From NCBI RefSeq assembly GCF_009834535.1, contig NC_045697.1:2916001-2980000 (forward strand): a stretch of 64,000 nt of DNA. Direction: 5' to 3'. A model generated the notes under the pieces. The model was given only the letters and a program-made list of their open reading frames with translations. It was not told where the DNA came from and made no database searches. Shown piece by piece: positions 53,950 through 64,000 of the stretch (the first letter of the stretch is position 1; the number at the start of each line of letters is the position of its first letter). Source of the stretch: Camelus ferus (lineage: Eukaryota). A program made the translations under genes and the position numbers.

Positions 53950-55380
53950 GAGGGTGGGGGTGCGGGGCTGGGGCCGCTGACTGCGCCGCTGGAGCCGGCC
54001 CAAGGCGCCAGTCGGTGCGGCGCCCCGGGAGACTGGGGCAGGCCACCGGGCCGCCGCCGAGCCCTAGACCTGGAGTCAGGAGCGCAAGCCCCGCAGGTGC
54101 CAGTGGGCAAATCCTGCCGCCCCTCGCCCCGCCTCATTTTCCCTCTGCAAACGGGAAGGAGGGAGTTGGCCCTTCGCAGCCCCACGACTCAACAAGAGCT
54201 GCACCAAGCCTGCTTTTCACTGGGTCGCCCTCCTCCACACTCCTGGGCTCCTGAGAGCCGCCGCCAGCCAGGCCGCGGTGACAGCTCCGCAGAGCCCCAC
54301 GAGTTGCTGCGGGAGGCCGCAGCGGTGTCACCCGCCTGCGCGTGCGCAGGCCGCGCAGGCTGCCGGGACTGTAGTCCATCCCTGCGGCGACTGGGGCGAG
54401 AAGGTGGGGCGGTGGGGACGCGGCGACTACACTTCCCAGGGTGCCCCGGCCCGCGGGGCGGTGAGGGCGGAGCGGGGCGGGGCCCTAGGGGGCGGGCCCC
54501 GATGGGCGGGGCTTATGGGCGGGGCGGGCGCGCAGAAGAGCTGCGGCGGCGCTGCGGGCGGGCACCCGCCAGCGGCCAGACCCGCTGACGGGCGAAGCGG
54601 GCGCTGGACCATTGCGCCGGCTGGCGCGGCACCTGCGGGCAGAAGCATCCGGCTGCTGCAGAGCCCCGACGACCCGACTCCGAGTTGCCGCTGAGATGAG
54701 CGCAGGTGAGTGTGGAGACTGAGGGACCGGCGCGTCCCCGAGCTCTATCCTGGCGCCCCAAGGGCTGAGGTGGCTGCACCTGCAGACTGGGGGAAATCGC
54801 TCAGCGGCCCCACCCAACTTTTGCTCCAGGGTCTTGCAGTCCCCAAGGTCCGGCGCGCGGCTCTCTGTCCCCGCGCCCCGGGCGCTTAGCTTTGCAGCGA
54901 GGGCTGAGGACCCCTTTCCCAGCGCGCCGGCCCGGGTGGCTGCGCTGGGCTGTCTGGAAGGAGCCATTCCTTAGCTTCTCCCTGGCGTCCGGGGTCGCCG
55001 CAGGCTCCAGGAGGCGGCCAGGGTCCGGGCGAGGGGCCCAGGGCCGCCGTAGATTCTGCCACGAAGAGGTGTGGTGACAAGGGGGCCTTTGCGGCAGGGG
55101 GCGCCGCCCTTGTGCGGCTCCTGCAGCGCCTGGGTAGGGGGCGTCAGGCCGACCCCGGGCCCCCTGGGCTCGCTCCAGGCACATTGCCGGGCGCGAAGCC
55201 CGCAGGTGTGTCCGACCAGCCCGGATCGGTGCGCGTCCTCTTTGCGGCCCCTCACCCCTGCGTATCGCCACTGCCGCCTCTGGCGCCGCACCCACCGGAT
55301 CTGAAAACCTCTGTGCGGCGCTGGAAAATCCCAGGTCGCCACAGGCCAGCCGCGCCTAGTGCGCTTGGGGAAACTGAGAT
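53950..55380. promoter_or_regulatory. CpG island / promoter of ABLIM2
   Basis: Very dense CpG; several GGGCGG Sp/KLF boxes at 54466-54530; NRF1 motif 54337-54348; ACTACA..TCCC motifs at 54426 (+) and 54375 (-). Confidence 0.9.
54696..54705 (+). CDS. ABLIM2: Actin-binding LIM protein 2, first coding exon (ATG AGC GCA G = M-S-A-, phase 1); remainder lies beyond the window
   Basis: gagATGAGCGCAG|GTGAGT, a perfect donor inside the CpG island. Recalled ABLIM2 begins MSAVSQ, and ABLIM2 is the divergent neighbour of SH3TC1 in human. Only 10 coding nt are visible, so the call leans on synteny. Confidence 0.8.
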
Positions 55381-57209
55381 CTAGAGTTGGGGGGCCTAGG
55401 CTCCTTGGAGAGAGTGTGGAGCTACCAGAGCCCCCTTTGGAGAGCCTCCTGGGTCCGACCCTGGGCCGAGGGCTTGTCCTGGCAGGGAGAGGCTGTCACC
55501 CCATTTTTCAGGGTGCGACCAAGGCTCCCCAGGCTTGAGTCACTCACAGCTCAGGGTGCTGCCTGACTCCTGTGCCCTTTCCCTGGAGTTTTTATTGCCA
55601 CAGACTGCAGTCTGGCCCCTGGCCACGGTGCAGAAACCAATTGGGACAGATTTTCCCCAGGGGGTAGTTGGACTGGGGAGGGTGTGTGCATTTAGTGAGC
55701 CCTTACTGTGTTGTGTGCTCTCTGCTTGGGGGCGGTATGTTTCCAGGGGCCCCCCTCCCAGGGGGAAACCGTCCCTCCTCCCCAGTTGAGGAAGGAGAGA
55801 CCACATTGGCAGTGGGAGTTGGGAGGGTGGCTGAGAGCAAGTGGCAGGCTGTGGGAGGCAGAAAGCTCTAGAAGAGGATTTCTGAAATGTCCAACCTGTT
55901 TTCTGGAGGTGGCTGGGAAGCAGGGCACCCTGAGACTTGGCAGAGCCTCCAGACACATTTATCTAATGGCAGGTGGGGATAATGGCGGGATGCAGGCAGG
56001 GTAATTTTAGGCTTTCTGTGGCTGTAATTGATACCTCTGGTCTCTCCTGTAATCAGGGGGAGCCCTGGAAAGGAGCACTGGCGTTCTCCCTCCTCGTTTG
56101 TGGTTGTCCTGGGAGAAGGGGTGCGTGAGCACCAGAGGCCATGGTGGATCATAGTCAGAAAGAGCTAGGAGCCTGGAGTTTGTCCACCCGGTGGTCCGGA
56201 ACACATCACGGTACCTTCCTGAGCTTGGCTTTCCTGGTGTGTAAAGCAGTATTGCTGGTTCCTGGAGAGGAGGAGGTATGAGTGAGAAATCCCACACATG
56301 ATAGGTCCTCCCTCAGGAGCTTGTAACGGGCAGTAAACCTCAGCCTTCCTGAGTTAATCCAGCCCTTTGCAACCGGCAGTGGGCCTGCGCTCCTCTCCAC
56401 CTGGAGACCTGTCTCCAGCTGATTAGTCACACAGGCAGTATTTCTCACCCACAGGCATGGTGGGGGCCAGCAGACGATGGTTCCTTGTGCCTGGCACTTG
56501 GGCTCTAACATCTGGCCTCTGTGCACATCTGGCAGGTCAGGGGCTTCCATCATGAGCAAGGTCTGGTCCCTTGACAGCCCTCCCCGCAGAAGGCTGGCAT
56601 CATTCCGGAGCTCAGCACCAGCACGTGTGGCTGGGATCACATGGTCCAGTTTCCAGCTGCCCAGACGAGCCGGATGGTCAGAGCCTGAGGCGACCTGTGC
56701 AAGCACCCTGGGTGGGAGGCTTCCCTTTATACCATCAGGGCTGCAGGTGTGTCTTTCTTCCATCTGGTGACACAGGGTGCCTTTGCGATGGCTCTGGTAT
56801 GGCCGCATGCAGTTGCCTGCTTGTTTTGTCATATTGTTGATTTCAAGTGGCCAGAGAAACTGTTTAAGTCGCACCAGGGCGAGGTGGAAGGAGAGGGCAT
56901 TCTGCATCAGAGAGGCCTGCATCCAAGTTGAGCATGCTAGCTGTGAGCTTCCTGGGCCTCAATTTCCCTGCGGTATGGCGAGGAAGCCTTTAGCTCTGTG
57001 TGCAGGGCTGGTGAGTGTGGGCGTGGCTTCATAACATCACAGCCCACATGGTCACGGCAGGGCAAGGTGGGGCAGAGGACTGAACCTGCACTGGAGGGGC
57101 TCTGTGGCAGCTCTGCCCCCGCTGGGCACCTGGCGCATGCTCTCTTTGAGTCTACGTGTCTGGCAGGTAGGATTCCCCTCGGTGATCAGAGGTTCGTGGT
57201 AGGTGGGGG

Positions 57210-57492
57210 TGTGTTAGTCGGCTAGGGCTGCCCTAGCAAAGTAACTACAGACCGTGCAGCATGAATGACAGAAATTTATCTTCTCACACTTCTGGAGGCC
57301 AGAAGCCTGAGATCAGGGTGTGGGCAGGGTTGGTTTCTTCTGAGGCCTCTCTCCTTGCCTTGTAAATGGCCATGTCCTCCCTGTGTCCTCACATGATCTT
57401 CCCTCTGTGTGCCTGTGTCCTAATCTCTGCTTATAAGGACACCCGTCATGTTGGATTATGGATTTAGAGGGGATGCAGTTCAGCCCAAAACA
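57210..57492 (-). mobile_element. MaLR LTR (MLT1A/B-like) in ABLIM2 intron 1
   Basis: ctagggctgcc, cagaaatttat..ctcacacttctggaggccagaag, tgaggcctctctccttg, cttataaggacacc. Confidence 0.85.
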
Positions 57493-60400
57493 GGAGCACA
57501 GGGTCCGGTGGAGAGCTGCTGGCCAGCTCAGCTGTTTTCTCTTCCCATGGTGGCTGTGTCAGGACCACAGGGCTGGAAGGAACATGAACGATGCTCCAGT
57601 CCAAAGCCACGCACCTAGAGGGGAACTCGAGTCCCAGGGAGGAGAAGGCAGCATCCGGGGTCCAGGAGAGCATGCGGCAGAGGCGGAGCCTGAGTCCTGG
57701 TCCCCTGCTCTGGTTGGCACAGCGCCGGCATCCAGAACAGAGATACATTTCTGATCCAAGTGTGTCTCTCCTGTAGCCACAGAGACATTCACCTTGGCAT
57801 TCCTAAGCTCAGCAGAAAGTCAGAAACTGGCTGAACGTGGAGGGGAGCCATGGGATATTAGTCAGCCACGCCATCATTCCTCCAGGCGACAGGTGTTTAC
57901 TGAAGGCCTACTGTGTGCCAAGCACAGCTCCAGGTGCGCCACAGATGAGAGCGAACAACATCTGTGTCCTCCTGAAACATGCTCTCTGGGGTGGCAGGAG
58001 CATCTGAGTTCACTGGGTGATGGGAGGTTTTCACGTTAGGAGAAAGTGCTGGAGAAAAGCTTAATTTAGAAAACAGCTGAGGACAAAAACTGTGTATCCT
58101 GTATGACCTTAACTCTGCAAAACAGTGGAGACTAGAAGGAAGTGCGTCACGATGTCCACGGGGTCCTCCTGGGTTGGAGGCGGGGGAAAAGCCAGGCGCC
58201 CCCCATCTGCATTTTTATATTTTCCATGACATCCCCAGTTTTCTTCACTGCATGTCCTTTCCTTATTCAACAAAAAGTCAACTGAAACAGGAAGGCGTTG
58301 CTTCTAGGTCCCAGGCAGGCGCATGCTGGCTTGGGAGTCCGTGACTCGGGGAAAGGTCCGGCAATTCCGCCCTCGGGGGCCTCTGTCCTTGGCTGGGGGG
58401 GAGGTGTCCCAGTTGGCAGTGTGCGGATTTTGACGCAGGTAGTGGCACTGGTGCCCAGTTTCTATGTGTGATCCCGTGTGAATTAGGTTCGACAGAAGAC
58501 ATATCGTCCTGACCCAGAAATTCATCTGAAATTGCATCTGAAAAGGATGGCCCAAGAACCAGCGAGCATTCTCCAGCTCAGCCTGGGCATCCTGAGCTCC
58601 GAACTGTTTGTCCCTCACATCCAGGGGTCCAGGGTCACTTCCTAACTTGCCACCCAAGATTCTCCGGTTTTTTATGGTTTCTGTTGATGAGGTAGTGTGG
58701 GGGTAGATGGCGTATTTTCTAGACCCAAGCCTGATTCTGGTGAACTCATAACAAAGTCCAATCTTAACTGTCCCAGAAGAGGGAGTGTGACCCTCACTAT
58801 GGAGAAGTCGCCTGTCTGAAGTCACCTGTCTGACGCCCTGACTGCCCAGAGCATCGTCTGGATTGTGGGAGAGCTGTGAGCTGGCGAGAGGAAACCGGCA
58901 AGACTCATGGTGGAGCGAGAGGCCGGAGGGGTCCCGCCTGTGGAGGAGGGTCTGTCCGGCCACAGGTCCTCAGGGCCAGGCCAGCTGCCAGGGCTCAGCT
59001 GCCCACCCGGTGCCCGGGCCCAGAGCCCAGACGGCACGGTCCCTGCTCTGCACAGACGTGCGGCTTCCTTGCGCCCCTCACAATGTCCCTGCCTCGGCCT
59101 TTCCTGCGCTCGAGTCCCTTGGGCTCGGACCCCAGGTCTGCCGCCTGCTGGCAGGGGAGTGTCTTCTTCCCTCCCTGTGCTCCCGATGCCGCCTCTCCGT
59201 GGGGTCTCCGTAGGGACCGGAGGTGCCAAGTCCTGGCACGCGGGAGGGGATAGAAAAGCAGTCAACATAATTGTGACAGGAAAACTGGGGCGGGGTTCAG
59301 ATGGCAGCTGGTATTTTTTGATGATGATTCCGTGACCTCGAGAGCTACTGAGGGGGCTGGTCAGATGTGAGTGACAGGCTGCCCTGAGCAGTGGCCTTGG
59401 GCGCTCGGATGTGGGGCGGAGCAACCGGAGTGCAGCGTCTCTGTTTACTCAGGGATGTTTCCATCACCGAGGTCTCTAAGGTGTCGAGCAGCACCCGACT
59501 TCAGTGTCAGGCAGCTGTGGTCATGGGTTCTCCCTTGGGCCCTGCACCAGCCACCTCAATGCCCCTGGGATCCTTCTCAGAGCTGCTGGGGTGTCCCCAC
59601 CCGCAGATGGAGAAGCAGACGCCCAGGAGGGCTGGTCAGGTGCCTGGCAATCATGTCACACCATTTGTAAATGACATAGTCGGATTTGAACCCTGGTGTG
59701 CCCAGGACGTGTCCCCAGCTGGGTGGGCGTTGCCTGTCCCCACCATGTTAGCTGGCTGCGAAGGCAGCTTCAGTAATGTGTGGCTGGGTGTTGGGGTGTG
59801 TAAGCCTTGGCCCACTGGGGCATCACAGTAATGCTTTCTAGTGTGAGTGAGGGGCTCCAACCCGTCTTCTCACCTGAGCTCTAAAGCATGTTCCCCCTTC
59901 CAGGTGCGGCACCTGCCCACCCGTGTCCAGGAAGGCAGAGCCAGACCCAGCCCAGCTCTGTCTGCCCCCGAGCGTGTGCTCCTTCCTCTGCCTCCAGTAG
60001 GGCTCCTGCCTGGGGTCATGGTGCAGACCCAGGAATCCACCCTCCAGCAGCTCAGACCATGAGAGACTTTGACCAGATCAAGCTCCTGCCTCCCTGTAAC
60101 CTTGACTCCTAGCCCCAGCTCTCCCCTCTGCCGCATCCTTGAGGCCTTCCAGAGCTGTCGTTCCTGCTGGAAGCAGCATCACTTCTGACCCAGGCCTCTC
60201 CAGCCTGGCCCCCAGTCCCCGGGCCAGCTCCTCCGGCATCAACCGGTCCCATCAGTGCCTGAGCCCCACCTGCCGGGGCTGTGTGACCTTGGGTGAGCCG
60301 ACTCCCCTCTGTGGGCCTCAGTGGACCTGCCTGTAAAAATGGGGCCCACCGTCATCCCCAGGGGTGTGACCTGCTTTCTTCTGATAGCCCTGCCCACCCC

Positions 60401-60516
60401 CACCTGCTGTCCCCAGAGATCTTCTGAGTTTGACTTTCAGCCGTTGTTTCAGAGAAACAAGCAATGTTAGCCCCGGGGGCTCAGACCACCCTTCTGTGCC
60501 ACGTGGGCCTCGTCTG

Positions 60517-60554
60517 ACAATTTCACGGGGGGGCACAATTTCACGGGGGGGGGC
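60517..60554. repeat. Tandem duplication ACAATTTCAC(G)7C / ACAATTTCAC(G)9C
   Basis: Seen directly. Confidence 0.9.
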
Positions 60555-62759
60555 ACTTTGCCCTTTGCACCGGGGCCAAGGTGTGCGGAGGCTTCTTCGC
60601 AACGGCCCCAGGAAGTGACGCCTATGGATGCCCGCCCGGCACCCACGCCGGGAGAGCGGCTGGGCCCGTGTCCACGGGAAGGGCTGCGGCGGGTGCAGGG
60701 TGTGCTTTGAGGTCTCTGGCCCTCACTTTTCCTTTGGTTCAGCCACCACAAGCCCTGGGGGTACCTTCTGCCCGCGGTGGGCTTCCAGGCTAGGGGAGAG
60801 CCAGGCGCATACTTAACAGGTTCTGTTGTAAATGACGTGTTCGGGGGTTTCATGCGCCACTTTGCTTTGGCTGAAAATTTCTAAGCAACGGGGGAGGTGG
60901 TCTTGATGTCTTGGAAGGTAGCAGCCAGCGGCTTTGGGGTCCGGACGCCTGGGCTCCAGGCGCAGCTGTCACCTGCCGGCGCGCCCCCGCAGCCGGTTTG
61001 CCGAGCTGCTCTTTGCCTTGGTTTCCCCGCCTGCAGGGTGGAGACAACAGCGCTCGCTTTTCCAGGACTGCTCACAGCCATGGTGTCAAGGGCCTGGGGC
61101 GGTTTTCCGTCACAGCTGCACACACTCCCCAGGGCTCTGGGCAAACCTGAGGCTGCACCCTGCAAGGTCCCCTGTGGCATCAGCTTACACCTCGGCGGCT
61201 CGCAGCTCTTCCTCTACTGCTGGTTCTGCTCCCTCCCCCGCCCAGTCCAAGGGGTCCTGTTTACACCTCCTGCCCAGGGCCCAGGGCCAGGAGAAGCCCA
61301 TCCCCCAGAAAGCTGCCCACTCCTGGTCATTAGCGGTGGTATCGGCCTCACGAGGAGGGTATTTGGGCTTTCAGTCCCAGCTCGGAGCCTCACCAGGGCT
61401 GCGTTCTGCGGGGCTCCACCTGTCTCTTGCATGTAGCAGGCGCGCTGGATGTCCTGGGGCTTGGGTTTCTTCATGCACACAATGAGAAGTTGGAGACGTG
61501 ATCCGGCAATCTGATTCCAGCCAGCACACCAAGAAGCCAACACCCAGTGTCACTGCGGTGCAACACTCTGGGCGGTCCCCGCTGGGTGTCTGTCCTCAGG
61601 GCTGGGCTGGGCTGGGCTGTGTGGACCCTCCCCTCCAGCATCTACACAGGCTGCCTCCTGACAGGTGCACCATGAGGGTGAGTGAGGGATGCAGCTTGGG
61701 TCCCTGCTTCATGCTCAGCCTCCTGGTCTGTTTGCTTGTATCCTGGCTCAAGGGCTCCCAGCCAGGCTCCCTCTGACCCTGCTGCTTCTGCTTGGACTTC
61801 CTCGGCCCCAGGATCTTGCTGGAAAGTTCTATCTCCAAGGCCCCAGTTGGTGCTGCAGTTGGACGTGAAGTTCCAAGAAGGAAGAATTGCAAAGACCGCC
61901 CCGTGGCCCCCACTTCAGTTTGGCAGCCGAGTTTCAGATGCTCCAAGATGGTCCAAGCCCCTTGCCCTGCAGCTGTCTCCATTTAAGTTCCAAGTGACAG
62001 GGATGTGGGTGCAGGTGGTTTATCTGGAAAGTGGTCCCAGGAAGCATAAGTGGTCGGGGAGGAATGGGGCATTTGGATGAGTGGGTGGCCTCTGTGGGCC
62101 GCTGGGGCGCGGTCCTGCTGGGGGGCCCCTGCAGAGCGTCCTCAGAGCTGTCTCACCAAGGGTGGGACTCTAGGGCTCTTGTCTTCTGGGGCAGAGGCCT
62201 GGTCCTGGTGTGTGGGGTCCTGAACCCCACACTGCACTATGTACAGCTACGGCGGGGGAGCCGAGAGGTGGGGCGCGGGCCGGTGTCACCGCACAGCCGC
62301 AGAACCCACAGTGTCCCCCATAGCAGACCAGATGTGGCCCAGCCTCAGCCTGGATCAGGGCTGCCTCTGTTGCCAGGCGTCAGCAGCCCCTCCGGGGCTC
62401 ACGGCCGTCCCGTGAGCAATGCGTGTTCACTCTGTCAGCAAGCTATTTTTTGAGCACCGGCCGTGTGCAGGGCCGTGCCCTTGCTGCTGGCCCCCAGACG
62501 CTCTTGCTCGTGTTTCTCCTGCCACCTTCTCCCGCCCTCCCCTCCCCTCAATCCTGGAATTCCTTGTCCTCCTCTGTCTCCCACGCTCCCACTAGAACGT
62601 CCATGACTATTTCCTCCACTCCTTTAGGGCCCTCCCCACTCAGGACCGGTGGGCAGGAGACAGAGCCCAGGGTCCCGCAGAGGACTTGTGTCTGGTCCTG
62701 GCTGCTGTGTGGCCTGGGGCTAGGCACTGCCCCTCTCTGAAATGCCTCATCTCAGATGC

Positions 62760-63035
62760 TGTGGGTGGCGCTGAACAACAGCCCCCCAGTGATGTCCCTG
62801 TTCTGATCCCTAGAATCTGTGACTGTGTCACCTTACATGGCAGAAGGGATTTTGAGGATGCGATTAAACCAAAGATCTTGCAATGAGATTATGCAGTGGG
62901 GCCTATTTCACTGCAAGGGTCCTTCCAAGGAGGAGGCAGGAGGGTCAGAGACAAGGGGTGCGATGACGGAAGCAGAGGTCAGAGGAGAGAAGATGCAGGA
63001 AGGTGTCTTGAGTCAAGGGAGGCAGGCAGCCTTAT
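62760..63035 (+). mobile_element. MaLR LTR 5' part (MLT1D-like)
   Basis: gatgtcc..tgatccctagaatctgtga..ccttacatggcagaagggattttg..gattaa. Confidence 0.75.
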
Positions 63036-64000
63036 TTTGCAAACAGAAGGTTGTTCCGCAACCTCTGAGGGACGTGATGCGGTGTCATTTCAGGGCACAT
63101 GGGCAGCCGGGGCTCCTGCCCCTCCCGGCCTCTGGCTCGAGGAAGGTCACTGAGCACCTGCGAGGGTCGAGGAGGAGACAGCATCATGGAGAACCGCCCA
63201 CTCGGTGCTGCGGCCTCACGCCGCCAGGGCCTGGGGTCACCCAACTCAGGACCTGGCCGGTGCACCACGTGGCTGTACCCCTCCTGACTAGGGGACGTGT
63301 CCAGACTTTTCTGAACATTCCGAGTGCTACCCCTAATTGTTTGCGGGTTACTGACAGGGAAACTGAGGCTGGACCTCAGGGATGTGCCTGGTAACTTGAC
63401 AGCCAGGATTCTAGCCTGGCGAGTTCCCAGGTCCAAAACCCTCACGGCCTCCTGCTGGCATAACCCTCTTAGATGTGAGGGGGCTTCCCTCTGCTGTTCC
63501 CTGGAGCCAGCACCTGAACCCCGGATGTGTGTGGGGCTTTGAGTCATCCACATCTGCAGGTCCTGAAACCACACACTCTGCCAGCTCATCCCCTGGAGAG
63601 AGCACAGTCTGATGCCCCTAGATGTGCGGGGAGCCCAGGGGAGTGAGACTGTGTCACTCGGGTGCTCCCACGTGAGTGGTGCCCAGGGGGTCGGAAGGCC
63701 CGGTACAAGCACAGGCGGGCAGTGGGGAAGCGAGGGGCCTATGAGGATCCGCAGACCATCCAGCATGGTTGGAGCGAGGGAGCCACGCTGGCTCCTGGCC
63801 CTCAGGACCCTCTGTGACACTTCTCGTCAGTGGAACCTGATCCAGTGGTTCTCCTCCAGCTCTGAGATCGGGCCTCATCTGCCAAGTGCTTGGGGAGCAG
63901 TTGTGGGGTGCAGAGTTACAAGCATCGGGTCCCTTGGGCACATCCCCGACATGCTGTGGAAATCAGGAAACATGATAGGTTTGAAAAAGCCCAGCGTCCA

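Noticed and set aside
53620..54588. 322-aa ORF on the + strand
   Set aside because: It crosses the CpG island where stops are scarce; low-complexity G/R/P/A product with no recognisable domain.
54706..64000. Search for ABLIM2 exon 2 (LIM domain, CxxC...HxxC)
   Set aside because: No LIM-like peptide seen; the region appears to be intron 1.

Overview
This is GC-rich mammalian genomic DNA, probably camelid, judging by two tRNA-Ala-derived Vic-1-type SINEs and no recognisable Alu, Bov-tA, PRE1 or Can-SINE. The left part holds the 5' half of SH3TC1 on the minus strand: a probable non-coding exon 1 near 23.3 kb and ten coding exons from 16776 down to 790. These splice in consistent phase into 1264 nt (421 codons + 1), include the SH3 domain, and continue beyond the left edge. 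A CpG island at about 54-55.4 kb is the promoter and 10-nt first coding exon of ABLIM2 on the plus strand, head-to-head with SH3TC1 about 31 kb away. The rest is intron or intergenic DNA with old MaLR/ERV LTRs, L1M, L2, MIR, hAT MITEs and small tandem repeats. Almost all ORFs in the supplied track are GC-rich noise. I found no convincing novel biological system. The best leads are an in-frame alternative donor before the SH3 exon, a duplicated NBRE motif in SH3TC1 intron 1, bidirectional-promoter motifs at ABLIM2, and an ERV-L dUTPase-like fossil. Gene and repeat family names come from recalled sequences, not from a database search.
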